Assembly: GCA_036405975.1 (NCBI GenBank)
Contig: DASWWM010000027.1
Coordinates: 1 to 51,655 of the forward strand
Length of the DNA: 51,655 nt
Direction: 5' to 3'
DNA from: Minisyncoccota bacterium
GTDB taxonomy: Bacteria; Patescibacteriota; Minisyncoccia; Phycocordibacterales; CAIZLB01
Part shown: piece after piece, positions 34,695 through 43,682 of the stretch
Numbering within the stretch: position 1 is the stretch's first letter
Layout: each line of letters starts with the position of its first letter
Translations under genes and position numbers: made by a program
Notes under the pieces: generated by a model
The model's database searches: none
Seen by the model: the letters and a program-made list of their open reading frames with translations, nothing else
What the model was told of the DNA's origin: nothing

Positions 34695-35489
34695 TTAAGA
34701 ACGCTTCAAGAACTCCTGAATGATCGAAGCCTCATCTTCAGCAGAAAGAGCCTTCTTGAATCGCGCGCCTTTCTTCCCTTTCACTTTCTTCTCGCACTCC
34801 GCCCATGATTTGTCCGTCGACATCTTTCCATCGACATAGCTGACATATGAGTATGCAGCTTTTCCGCTGCTCGAGCTTTTGCCTTTTTTCTTTTTCTCAA
34901 CGGCACTTGCCATCGTGCTCAAGTCCAGAATCTCAGAAACGATTTCTGCCTGATATCCGGCAAGCGTACCAGAATACAGTTGGACCGGTTTATTGTCTGC
35001 GAAAGAAGTGGCGATGATATCGCATCTCTCATTGCCCGCGATGCCGGAGTGGCCGGGAACAAGATTCCATTTTATAGAGAGAGGCCCCTTTCCGTCGCCT
35101 TTCTCGATGAGGTCAGAAATCTCCTCCCAAAGGTCTCGATTCTTTACCGGCTCCTTGGTTGCAGTGATCCAGTTATTTCTTTTCCATCCCTTGATCCACT
35201 GCTGGACCCCTTTCACGACATAGCTTGAGTCGATATAAAAAGTAAATGAACGAACGCTCAGATTTTCATAGTAGCTGATGAAATTCTTAATGCCCTCTAT
35301 GACCGCCTTTAGCTCCATTCTGTTGTTAGTCGTGACATCTTCCCTTCCTCCGACTTCATCGACATGGAGTTCTCCATGAGCATTCGGGTATATGGCCACC
35401 GCTCCGTACCCGCCAGGACCCGGGTTCCCCCTAGATGATCCATCAGTAAAAATAACTATCTCCCTATCAGCCAAAGTCAGTATGTTCAT
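34695..35489 (-). CDS. rnhA: ribonuclease HI with a C-terminal hybrid-binding (RNase H1 N-terminal / Cauli_VI-like) domain
   Basis: TDGSSRGNPGPGGYG, NNRMEL, YIDSSY and GHSGIAGNERCD form the DEDD core. C-terminal YSYVSYVDGKMSTDKSWAECEKKVKGKKGARFKKALSAEDEA matches the HBD consensus. Confidence 0.85.
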   Translation of the reverse strand: MNILTLADREIVIFTDGSSRGNPGPGGYGAVAIYPNAHGELHVDEVGGREDVTTNNRMELKAVIEGIKNFISYYENLSVRSFTFYIDSSYVVKGVQQWIKGWKRNNWITATKEPVKNRDLWEEISDLIEKGDGKGPLSIKWNLVPGHSGIAGNERCDIIATSFADNKPVQLYSGTLAGYQAEIVSEILDLSTMASAVEKKKKGKSSSSGKAAYSYVSYVDGKMSTDKSWAECEKKVKGKKGARFKKALSAEDEASIIQEFLKRS

Positions 35490-35492
35490 GGC

Positions 35493-37367
35493 CTACAGTA
35501 TATCAATAATCCTCAGCCTGTATTCCGGAAAGCCCCGGAACATAGATTTTTCCATATGAGCGACGATGTCGAGGATCGCCCCTGAAACCGCCTTCTCAGT
35601 CATTTTCTTATCGTCTGCGGCAAAGAACTGGATAGCCTTGATGCCCGTCCGTCCCTGAGTTGCATGGAGCAAAGTCAGCTCGACATGCTCTTTTGTTTTG
35701 CCAAAAAGCTTATTCTCCAGAACCGTCACGTCTTTAAGTACAAAAACCGGCTTAGGATTAGCCTCGCCGAATGGTCCCATTTTTTCAATGGTAGACCAGA
35801 GGCTTCTGCCCACCTCGTCAGTGAAAAGGATCTTATCTATATAAACAGTCCCGGGAAGGTCTACCCCTTCTCCATCCTCACTCGCAGTACTGTCTGCGGC
35901 ACCATTACCGTTTTCCGCATTTGCAGACTCATCGACAGCTGTGAGCTTTGCAAACGAATCGAGCAGAGTCTCTTCAAATGTATGGACCTTGTCACCTGAT
36001 AGGGCAAATCCACCGGCAGCGCTATGTCCGCCCACATTTATAAAAAAATCAGAAGGGACATTTCTCATAATCCGAACCGCATCAAAACCGTCCGGAGCCC
36101 TGCACGAACCCTTTATGACTTCTTCAGCATTCTTCTGATCAGCCATGTCCTCTTCAAAATCCTCTCCGGCCCTCCCCCATAGATAGACAGGTCTGTTATA
36201 TTCTCGAACAATATGCGTGGCAGCAAGGCCGAGTACCGGAGGCTTCCAGTCCGGATTACCCAGCACTATCAATGGTTTCTCATGAAGTCCGCGTTCCTCA
36301 ACGACTTTCTTTATCTGTTTCACCAAATGTGCCACCTGCGTCTTCCGGCTATCGTTTACCGCATTGAGATGTTTCACCATCTCTTCAGCCTCGGTTTCAG
36401 ATTCAGTAGAAAGGAGAATAAAAGCGTCTTTCGGATCAGCCATTCGTGATGCTGCATTGATACGCGGAGTAATCATGAATGCAATGTCTTCCTCGGTAAT
36501 AAATTTTGGTTCCATCTTCAAAGCCTTGAAAAGCTTGATGAGGCCAATCCTTCGAGTCTTTCGCATGACCATCAGGCCAAAGTGCGCAAACGTTCTATTC
36601 TCTCCTCGAAGCGGAACCATATCAGAAAGAGTCGCAAGGCCTACCAAGTCGAGGAGCCATTTCTCCCAACCTTCTGAAATATTGAAAACGCTCGTGCCTT
36701 CCCGGCCTACCTCCCCCGCCTCGTTTCTCTGTGCGGCGCAGAGCGCCTGGATGACTTTATAAATGACGCCTGCACCGCACAGCATCTTCTCAGGATACTC
36801 ACATCCAGGCTGCTTTGGATTGATGATTGCGAATGCATCGGGCAGAACTTCTGCAGGAGTATGGTGGTCGGTAATAATGAGATCAAAACCGAGCCTCCTG
36901 GCACAAACCGCCGCATCGACATCAGTAATGCCGCAGTCGATGGTTATGAAAAGCTTTGCTTCCTTGCCCTCATCCCCTGACTCGGCAGCCTCTTTCATGC
37001 ATCGGGCAAAGACCGACTCAAGAGCGGCGACGTGCACGCCGAATCCTTCCTTATGCCTATGAGGAATATAGTTCTCAAAATTCTGATATCCAATTCTTTT
37101 GAAGAAATCGTGCAGGACCACTCCTCCCGGAATGCCATCAGCGTCGAAATCGCTATAAATGACGATATGCTCATTTTTCTCAACCGCATCGACAATCCTC
37201 CGTACCGCCTTATCCATATCCTTAAGCAAAAATGGATCATGTGTCCCTGCCGTATAGCTTGGATTCAGGAAAGCTTCCCGCTCCTCATCGGATACGATCC
37301 CGCGCGAGTTAAGGAGCTGGTCAAGGAAACTTCCTCCTTCTGATTGTCTGAGTTTGTAGGTAGGCAT
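35493..37367 (-). CDS. recJ: single-stranded-DNA-specific exonuclease RecJ (DHH/DHHA1)
   Basis: YSDFDADGIPG, ITIDCGI, ITDHH and GGHSAAGGF motifs. Start moved to MPTYKL (ATG at 37367). Confidence 0.85.
   Translation of the reverse strand: MPTYKLRQSEGGSFLDQLLNSRGIVSDEEREAFLNPSYTAGTHDPFLLKDMDKAVRRIVDAVEKNEHIVIYSDFDADGIPGGVVLHDFFKRIGYQNFENYIPHRHKEGFGVHVAALESVFARCMKEAAESGDEGKEAKLFITIDCGITDVDAAVCARRLGFDLIITDHHTPAEVLPDAFAIINPKQPGCEYPEKMLCGAGVIYKVIQALCAAQRNEAGEVGREGTSVFNISEGWEKWLLDLVGLATLSDMVPLRGENRTFAHFGLMVMRKTRRIGLIKLFKALKMEPKFITEEDIAFMITPRINAASRMADPKDAFILLSTESETEAEEMVKHLNAVNDSRKTQVAHLVKQIKKVVEERGLHEKPLIVLGNPDWKPPVLGLAATHIVREYNRPVYLWGRAGEDFEEDMADQKNAEEVIKGSCRAPDGFDAVRIMRNVPSDFFINVGGHSAAGGFALSGDKVHTFEETLLDSFAKLTAVDESANAENGNGAADSTASEDGEGVDLPGTVYIDKILFTDEVGRSLWSTIEKMGPFGEANPKPVFVLKDVTVLENKLFGKTKEHVELTLLHATQGRTGIKAIQFFAADDKKMTEKAVSGAILDIVAHMEKSMFRGFPEYRLRIIDIL
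35497..35505 (-). promoter_or_regulatory. extended -10 (TGaTATACT) 7 nt upstream of the rnhA ATG, inside the recJ 3' end
   Basis: Minus strand reads attgaTATACTgtaggccATG. Confidence 0.4.
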
Positions 37368-37475
37368 GGCTGGGATGAAGAAAAGCGAAAGATAGATTGA
37401 ATCCGAGCCGACTGAGCGTGTGAAGATGAGAAACATCGACCCAGGCCGCGGCTTTATTACTTCTGGATTCTATCA

Positions 37476-37481
37476 TACAAT
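37476..37481 (+). promoter_or_regulatory. -10 box TACAAT 9 nt upstream of the HIT ATG
   Basis: tatcaTACAATggcagccatATG. Confidence 0.4.
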
Positions 37482-37490
37482 GGCAGCCAT

Positions 37491-37979
37491 ATGACAAACC
37501 AAAGTGAAGACTTGCTCAAGGAGGAAGGGACAAGAAAGGTTGACCCGGCCCTGCATGAAGATGCCTCAAAAGACTGCATTTTCTGCCATATTGCAAAAGG
37601 CACAGTCCCTGCAGTCAAGCTCTACGAAGATTCGGAAACGGTCGCATTTTTGGATATCAACCCAGTACATCCAGGCCACGTCTTGGTAATCCCTAAAGAC
37701 CATTATGAGAATGTGTACTCGACTCCGGCCGAAGCATGGCTTCGAATGATGATGACCGTCCAGAAAATGGCAGTCGCCGTAAAGAACGCGACGGATGCCG
37801 ACGGAATCAATATCGAGATGAACAATGAAAGCGCAGCCGGCCAGGTCATGTTCCATGCCCATGTTCATATCATCCCTCGATTCAACGAGGACGGCCTCAA
37901 GCATTGGCCTTCGAAGGCCTATAAAGATCATGAGGAAATGCAGGCTGTTTCAGAAAAGATTATTGCTGAGCTGAAGTAA
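37491..37979 (+). CDS. HIT (histidine triad) family protein
   Basis: CIFCHI and the HAHVHIIPR triad. Confidence 0.88.
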   Translation: MTNQSEDLLKEEGTRKVDPALHEDASKDCIFCHIAKGTVPAVKLYEDSETVAFLDINPVHPGHVLVIPKDHYENVYSTPAEAWLRMMMTVQKMAVAVKNATDADGINIEMNNESAAGQVMFHAHVHIIPRFNEDGLKHWPSKAYKDHEEMQAVSEKIIAELK

Positions 37980-38003
37980 TTGAAAGCAGGCAGCAGCGTA
38001 AAT

Positions 38004-38032
38004 GAAAAAGCTCCCGCAAAAGGAGCTTTTTC
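38004..38032. terminator. bidirectional intrinsic terminator between the HIT gene and pgk
   Basis: gaaaaagctcc ... ggagctttttc 11-bp arms. Confidence 0.8.
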
Positions 38033-38060
38033 ATTTCTAGAATTTCAGACCAATCTGTAC

Positions 38061-39296
38061 TTATTTCAAAGCCTCGATTCCCGGCAACGACTCATCCATA
38101 AGATATTCAAGCATCGCCCCTCCCCCGGTCGATATAAACATATTTCTATTGTTATCGTCGTTATCCAGTCCGAGCTCGGCAACAGCAGCGGTGGTATCCC
38201 CTCCTCCGAGAATTGCCTTGAGCGTCCCCCTCTTTGCCTGTGCGGCAACCAGTTCTGCAATAGCCACCGTCTGCTCTTGGAATCCCTTTTCGTAAAGTCC
38301 CATCGGTCCGTTCCAAACAACGAACTTTGCAGAGGCAATTTTCTCAGAAAGTTCTTCGACGAGGGAAGGTCCCGCATCATAAATGGCATCCTCTGATCCA
38401 ATGCCTGAGATAGGCTTCACGATCCCCTTGCTTGCATCTGCTTCAGTCGCAACGATAACATCAGTCGGAATGATAAGGTTACCGTTATTCATGACATCGC
38501 TGACATCCACAGAACCACTTGAGACGAGCGACTTTCCAACCTCATACCCCTTGGCCTTGAGCACATCGTTAAGAAGTGCGCCTCCGAGTACGATAGAATC
38601 AGCGGCTTTTTCGCCAGAGCTGAACTTCTTGATGAGCGGGAGCTTGGAGTCGAACTTCGCTCCGCCGAGTATGAATACGAAAGGATGAGGCGGATTGAAA
38701 GCGAGACCGACGTGCTCTATCTCATTCATCATCTGGATGCCGGCGCATCGTTCCGAGCAAAGCGCAGGAAGAGCAACTACTGATGCATGGGCTCGGTGAG
38801 AAACGGCAAAAGCATCGTTCACATAGACATCAGGCTTGACCGTATCAAAGAGCTTCTGGGCAAATGCAGGGTCATTCTTTTTTTCCCCCTCATGTGCACG
38901 CAAATTTTCAAATAGGATAATGGATCCATCCTCAAGCCCTGCCACAGCCTGCACAGACTCATCGCCCAGGAAATCCGGCACGAATGAGAATCCCTTTCCA
39001 AGCTTTCCGAAGTCCCTTGCATACATGTCTGAGATATATTTCGCCACAGGCTCAAGCCCGAATCCATCCTTGTTTTCGATATGGGAAATAAGCACGATTC
39101 TTGCTCCCGACTTCTTCAGATGCGCCACGGTCGGGATAGTCTTTCTGATTCGAAGATCATCGATAACCGTTCCGTCGCTTCGAAGCGGCACATTGAAGTC
39201 GCATCGAACCAAAACTGTTTTACCCTTGAGCTCAGCCTCCCCAAGACCTGAAATAGGTCGGATTCCTTCCGCACTCTTATTTTCGCTTTGCTGCAT
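38061..39296 (-). CDS. pgk: phosphoglycerate kinase
   Basis: VLVRCDFNVPL, AFAVSHRAHAS, FILGGAKFDSK, WNGPMGLYE and STGGGA motifs. Start set at MQQSENK (ATG at 39296), overlapping the tpiA tail by 20 nt. Confidence 0.9.
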   Translation of the reverse strand: MQQSENKSAEGIRPISGLGEAELKGKTVLVRCDFNVPLRSDGTVIDDLRIRKTIPTVAHLKKSGARIVLISHIENKDGFGLEPVAKYISDMYARDFGKLGKGFSFVPDFLGDESVQAVAGLEDGSIILFENLRAHEGEKKNDPAFAQKLFDTVKPDVYVNDAFAVSHRAHASVVALPALCSERCAGIQMMNEIEHVGLAFNPPHPFVFILGGAKFDSKLPLIKKFSSGEKAADSIVLGGALLNDVLKAKGYEVGKSLVSSGSVDVSDVMNNGNLIIPTDVIVATEADASKGIVKPISGIGSEDAIYDAGPSLVEELSEKIASAKFVVWNGPMGLYEKGFQEQTVAIAELVAAQAKRGTLKAILGGGDTTAAVAELGLDNDDNNRNMFISTGGGAMLEYLMDESLPGIEALK

Positions 39297-40140
39297 TTTT
39301 CTTATTGTTCTTAGCTTTTGTAAAACTCTTCTTGAGTGCCTTCTTCGAGTTGGTCTTCTCTCCCTTTCCAAGTACGTCGAAGATCTCACCGAAGCTCTTT
39401 GCATCCCAGCTCGCCCGTCCGATAAGAAGACCGTCCACTTCCCCGTTCACGATAATGTCTTCCGCATTGTCAGCAGTTACAGAGCCTCCGTAGAGGATTT
39501 TGGTCATTGAAGAAATAGTCTCACCCCACATTTCCCTGATGCACTTCTTGATGTAGACAACCATCTGATGGAGGTCATATGAAGTGATGGCGACATTGTC
39601 CTTTCGTCCGATGGCCCATACTGGCTCATAAGCGACAATGACTTCATGGAACTGAGACCGGCTGACAGTCGAGAGAGCCTCTTTGATCTGGGCCTTGATG
39701 ATTTCAAGGTAGCCTCCGTCAGTATCTCTTTCCTTCTCACCGATGCAGACGATCGGCTGCATCTTCGTCTTGAGAACCTGCTGAACCTTAAGAGCGATAG
39801 TCTGTCCATTGTCACCAAGCTGTCTTCGTTCAGAGTGACCGACGATGGCATACGAAGCGCCCGTGCTCGCGACCATCTGAGCACCAACCTCTCCGGTCTT
39901 AGAAAGCCCTTCTTCGAAACTTGAAACGTCCTGTGCTCCGACCGCTACCTTGATCTTCCCCTTTCCAGACATTTCAGCGAGAGGCGCAATAAACGGGAAT
40001 GGAGGGCAGATGGCCACATCGAATCCCTTATGAGCCTGGGCAGATTTCTTGATGGCCGCGAAACGCTTTCGGGCATCAGCAAGCGTGACAGGGTTCATCT
40101 TCCAGTTTCCAACCAAAAGTACTTTTTTGTTTTTCTTCAT
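39277..40140 (-). CDS. tpiA: triosephosphate isomerase with a ~30-aa Lys-rich C-terminal tail
   Basis: VGNWKMN, GHSERR and AYEPVWAIG motifs. Confidence 0.92.
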   Translation of the reverse strand: MKKNKKVLLVGNWKMNPVTLADARKRFAAIKKSAQAHKGFDVAICPPFPFIAPLAEMSGKGKIKVAVGAQDVSSFEEGLSKTGEVGAQMVASTGASYAIVGHSERRQLGDNGQTIALKVQQVLKTKMQPIVCIGEKERDTDGGYLEIIKAQIKEALSTVSRSQFHEVIVAYEPVWAIGRKDNVAITSYDLHQMVVYIKKCIREMWGETISSMTKILYGGSVTADNAEDIIVNGEVDGLLIGRASWDAKSFGEIFDVLGKGEKTNSKKALKKSFTKAKNNKKNAAKRK

Positions 40141-40147
40141 GCTCTGA

Positions 40148-40156
40148 ATTATACCA
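40148..40156 (-). promoter_or_regulatory. extended -10 (TGgTATAAT) 7 nt upstream of the tpiA ATG
   Basis: Minus strand reads tttgcTGgTATAATtcagagcATG. Confidence 0.5.
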
Positions 40157-40216
40157 GCAAATAGTCCGATACAAGACTTGAAAAATTGACGATACGATTC
40201 ATGAAATGTGAATAAA

Positions 40217-40254
40217 CAAAGGCCGGAACCCCCAAAAAAAGGTTCCGGCCTTTG
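40217..40254 (-). terminator. intrinsic terminator closing the pilus operon
   Basis: caaaggccggaacc / ggttccggcctttg 14-bp arms. Confidence 0.75.
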
Positions 40255-40278
40255 TCGTATGCGTTTCCATGTCGGAGA

Positions 40279-42099
40279 CTATCTCGCGACCTCTCTCCAG
40301 CTATCGACATTCCAGGCCCCTGAGGGTCCGCTTGTGAAGTCGATGTCCGCAAGGCCGGAATCATACGTTACCGTGGTTCCTCCGCTCATATATACCTCGT
40401 TGGCAACTACGGCTTTTGCCGATGATCCGCCATTGAAAGTCACGCGCCCGTAAGGAGCAAGAATGAGCACGGTACCAGCAGCTCCCGATACGGTAACTGC
40501 GGAATTCGAGCTGCTCTTGCTTACAAGCACCACATAGCTTCCTGCTTGGCCGTTGCCATTCAACGCTCCGGAGGCGCCCAAATCGACATTGCCAGATACC
40601 ACAATAGGCAAAGCAGAGCCTCCAACGCTATTTGCAATCCTTATAAAACCGGCACCCGATATAGCAAGGGTTCCATTTATGTAAACAGGTCCCGCAACAT
40701 ACATCCTTCCTCCGGCATTAATGTTCACGCTTCCGTTGACATATAAAGGACCGTTTACCGTTAGCTGGGCATCTCCGCCAATCGAAAGGTTTCCATTGAT
40801 CCGAAGCGAGCTCGTAGAGACATTATTGCTGCTGCTCAAGGATAGCGACGTCGGCCTTGTCTGAGTCGTAACGACAGAATCCTGCCATGCCTGAATGTTT
40901 GCATCAGAAAAAGGAAATGCGAGCGGAGAAGGAGATGACTGAGACGTATCGCAGCTCTTATTGTTATTGGATCCTGTCTGGCAGTACAGGTTTCCCGCAA
41001 CCGTAGAATTCGTGACGATGAACGCTTTTGCATCCCCTGTTCCCCCGGAGCCGACTACGATGCCGCTGATAGAGCTCACATCGCCTGCAACGAGCTCGAA
41101 TAATGCATCGTGACCGGGACTGCTCGCAGTCCATGTTCCTCCGAGCTGACCTCGATACAGAGCCGCGGAAGAATCCCAAGCAAGCATGGGCGAATTATCC
41201 GTTGCACCGAACTGGTAATATGCCCAAGACGCGCTGGACGAAACATCGAATACGATCCAGTACCGAGTGCCGGCAGTGAGAGGCACGGCAGAACTGAAAT
41301 AGACTCCGAGCCAGCTGAACTGGTCCGTAACCTGTCCCGCGCCCAGAACCGTTGAGGCCAGTACCGTCGTGCCGGGCCGATTAGTGGACGGATTGTTATT
41401 TCTCAATGAGATTGTCACATTCGAAGGCCATCCGCTCTTTCTTGCATATACTCGCAAAAGCACATTCGATGAAGACGAGCTTACAGTGAACGATTGGGCA
41501 AAATCCTGAGTGGCGTTTGTGTCTCCGGCCGAAAGCGTTATGGGACTCTCGGAAGTATTGCCGACTGTTACTTCTGACTGAGCGGCAGCAGACGCTATTG
41601 CGCTGCCTGTTATGGTCGGATTGCCCGAACCGACGATATTCCCATTCGAATATACGTTTCCGACAATACGCGCCCCTCCGCTCATATTCAAACCTCCATT
41701 TCCTACCTGAATTCCGTAGTTGACGGAGACCCCGTCCCCTTGCGAGAAGACGCTCTTCGATACCCGCGAGAAGAAGCCGGATATTCCCGTCGAAATGACC
41801 TGCTTCATTCCGTTCACATCGGTAATCTGAGCAGTCGATGTGCCACTGGAGAAGCCGAGCACGAGCGTAGCCGGAAGAGTCCTTCCTTTATTGAGCCTGT
41901 AAAGCACCTCCTCGTTAAGCGTATCCGCAGTAATGAAGCCCTGCTTTGACTGCACGAAATCGGCAGCATTCCTGATCTGGTACGCGACCGGCGAAGCCAT
42001 TCCCACAAGTACGATAACCGAGATGATAAGGAAGAATATGACGGCCGTAATGATTGCCGCGCCCGACTGCGGATTGCTGTTGATGTTTCGCTTTCGCAT
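40279..42099 (-). CDS. PilX-like N-terminal anchor fused to a large predicted beta-helix / jelly-roll ectodomain (606 aa); putative pilus-associated adhesin
   Basis: The N-terminus SGAAIITAVIFFLIISVIVLVGMA has no G|F..E prepilin site. Repeats of the form GNVYSNGNIVGSG and VNGPLYVNGSVNINAGGRMYVAGPVYINGTLAISG. It is the last gene of the pilin set. Confidence 0.55.
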   Translation of the reverse strand: MRKRNINSNPQSGAAIITAVIFFLIISVIVLVGMASPVAYQIRNAADFVQSKQGFITADTLNEEVLYRLNKGRTLPATLVLGFSSGTSTAQITDVNGMKQVISTGISGFFSRVSKSVFSQGDGVSVNYGIQVGNGGLNMSGGARIVGNVYSNGNIVGSGNPTITGSAIASAAAQSEVTVGNTSESPITLSAGDTNATQDFAQSFTVSSSSSNVLLRVYARKSGWPSNVTISLRNNNPSTNRPGTTVLASTVLGAGQVTDQFSWLGVYFSSAVPLTAGTRYWIVFDVSSSASWAYYQFGATDNSPMLAWDSSAALYRGQLGGTWTASSPGHDALFELVAGDVSSISGIVVGSGGTGDAKAFIVTNSTVAGNLYCQTGSNNNKSCDTSQSSPSPLAFPFSDANIQAWQDSVVTTQTRPTSLSLSSSNNVSTSSLRINGNLSIGGDAQLTVNGPLYVNGSVNINAGGRMYVAGPVYINGTLAISGAGFIRIANSVGGSALPIVVSGNVDLGASGALNGNGQAGSYVVLVSKSSSNSAVTVSGAAGTVLILAPYGRVTFNGGSSAKAVVANEVYMSGGTTVTYDSGLADIDFTSGPSGAWNVDSWREVAR

Positions 42100-42114
42100 T
42101 TTTAATTGTATTGG

Positions 42115-42651
42115 CTAATAAGATCCCCGAAGGACTGCCGTTCCGTAGAACTTCTCGTTCACGACATACGGACTCGTGCTGGCACTTGAGAGATTGAGCT
42201 CTATCTTTACCGCCGCGGATGTCGTTGTCGCAAATGATCTGAAGACCAGTGACGTGACAACGACATCCGCGGCGGTAACAGGTCCCAAGCTCGATCCATT
42301 CTCCTCAAGCATAAGCCGTCCTCCTGAGACATGGAATCTCAAGGTCGATTCGTTTCCCTCATCATCCGAAGTGAGAAGAGAGAGTGATCCCGGATTATTA
42401 TCGAAAACGGTCTGCGCAGCATTCACCTCGTCAGCGTTCCGTATTTCCCTGGCCATCCGATCGATCGCCTGAGTCGCGGAGGACTCGACTGACCTTACAG
42501 TTCGGACACTCCTGTAAGAAGACGAGAGCATGGCCACAGCCTGTACGATTCCGACAAAGAGGATGACGAGCAGGGCGATATACACAAGGGACTCGATAAG
42601 GGTAAATCCTTTTGACGGCGCGATAATGTTGGCTGAAGGAGCTTTTGTCAT
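42115..42651 (-). CDS. prepilin-type N-terminal cleavage/methylation domain protein (minor pilin, PilW-like position)
   Basis: SKG|FTLIESLVYIALLVILFVG. Confidence 0.8.
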   Translation of the reverse strand: MTKAPSANIIAPSKGFTLIESLVYIALLVILFVGIVQAVAMLSSSYRSVRTVRSVESSATQAIDRMAREIRNADEVNAAQTVFDNNPGSLSLLTSDDEGNESTLRFHVSGGRLMLEENGSSLGPVTAADVVVTSLVFRSFATTTSAAVKIELNLSSASTSPYVVNEKFYGTAVLRGSY

Positions 42652-42662
42652 TGTAGTAAGTG

Positions 42663-43166
42663 CTAATTATTGAAAGTATTGTATACGTACAGCTCTATCG
42701 ACTGGGTAGTCGTCACCCCTTTTTGATTCCAGGATACTGAGACCGTCGCCTTCTTTGTACCCGAGTCCAGAGTACCGCCCGTTTGCACGATGTCATAGGT
42801 TGTTGCATCCCTGTATACGGGAGCCAGAGTAAACGTTCGGGAAAATTTTGAATCTATGAGCGCCGGGCTCGTAGTGGCTCGCCATTGTCCGGCGCTCCAT
42901 ACGAATCGATACGGGGCATTTTCGCCAAGAGGAGCGATATGAGCAGTCCACCCCGAATCACGCATAAGCCTCAAGGCCTCGGCTCCTTCTTCAAGAAGCA
43001 TGGCTGATTGAATTCGGGGCATATTGTCGAGAGAAAGCTTCGTAAGGCCTCCATATGCACCGATAATGCTTACGACCGAAGTCATAATGATTGCCGAAGC
43101 AACCAAGACCTCGACCAGAGACATTCCTCTTTTTTTCATGCTTCTATTCATGTTTTTCTGAATCAT
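42663..43166 (-). CDS. prepilin-type minor pilin (PilV-like position)
   Basis: KKRG|MSLVEVLVASAIIMTSV. Confidence 0.8.
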   Translation of the reverse strand: MIQKNMNRSMKKRGMSLVEVLVASAIIMTSVVSIIGAYGGLTKLSLDNMPRIQSAMLLEEGAEALRLMRDSGWTAHIAPLGENAPYRFVWSAGQWRATTSPALIDSKFSRTFTLAPVYRDATTYDIVQTGGTLDSGTKKATVSVSWNQKGVTTTQSIELYVYNTFNN

Positions 43167-43178
43167 GCCGACGCTCGC

Positions 43179-43682
43179 CTACTGCTGAACCTCGACTAAT
43201 CCGCTGCCATATATGATAACAGTTTTAACATCGCTTGGCTTTGCCTTTAGTCGCAGTCTTACCGTTCCCGTAGCATTCGGCTTGCCCGTAAGCTGGTCAA
43301 AGAGAACCCTGCTGACCCCTCCCGTCAGAGCCACCGAACTGAGCTCGACCTTGGAGGACAAGGCGTACGAAGTAGTGGATGCCGCACCGGCAGGGTACGA
43401 AGGGCCTTCGTACAGCGTAACAGTCGAGCTTGAGAAATTGATTCCGAACCGGCCTCCCCCTTTCGAATTGATAGACTGGTTTCTTGCCTTTTGTACATAC
43501 GCAACGACAACATCGGTTTCCTTATCCAGCGACTGCAAGTCGGAGAAGCTTGAGAATACGGACAGCGTAATTCCGGAGATCATGGCCGCAAGGCCGACTA
43601 CGACCATGAGCTCGACCGCGGTGAATCCTGCCCGTCCATTTTTTTTTATATTCTTAATCATTGATTTATGAGAACTAAACAT
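43179..43682 (-). CDS. prepilin-type minor pilin (GspH/FimT-like)
   Basis: GRAG|FTAVELMVVVGLAAMISG. Overlaps the pilC stop by 8 nt; an alternative start is Met8. Confidence 0.8.
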   Translation of the reverse strand: MFSSHKSMIKNIKKNGRAGFTAVELMVVVGLAAMISGITLSVFSSFSDLQSLDKETDVVVAYVQKARNQSINSKGGGRFGINFSSSTVTLYEGPSYPAGAASTTSYALSSKVELSSVALTGGVSRVLFDQLTGKPNATGTVRLRLKAKPSDVKTVIIYGSGLVEVQQ

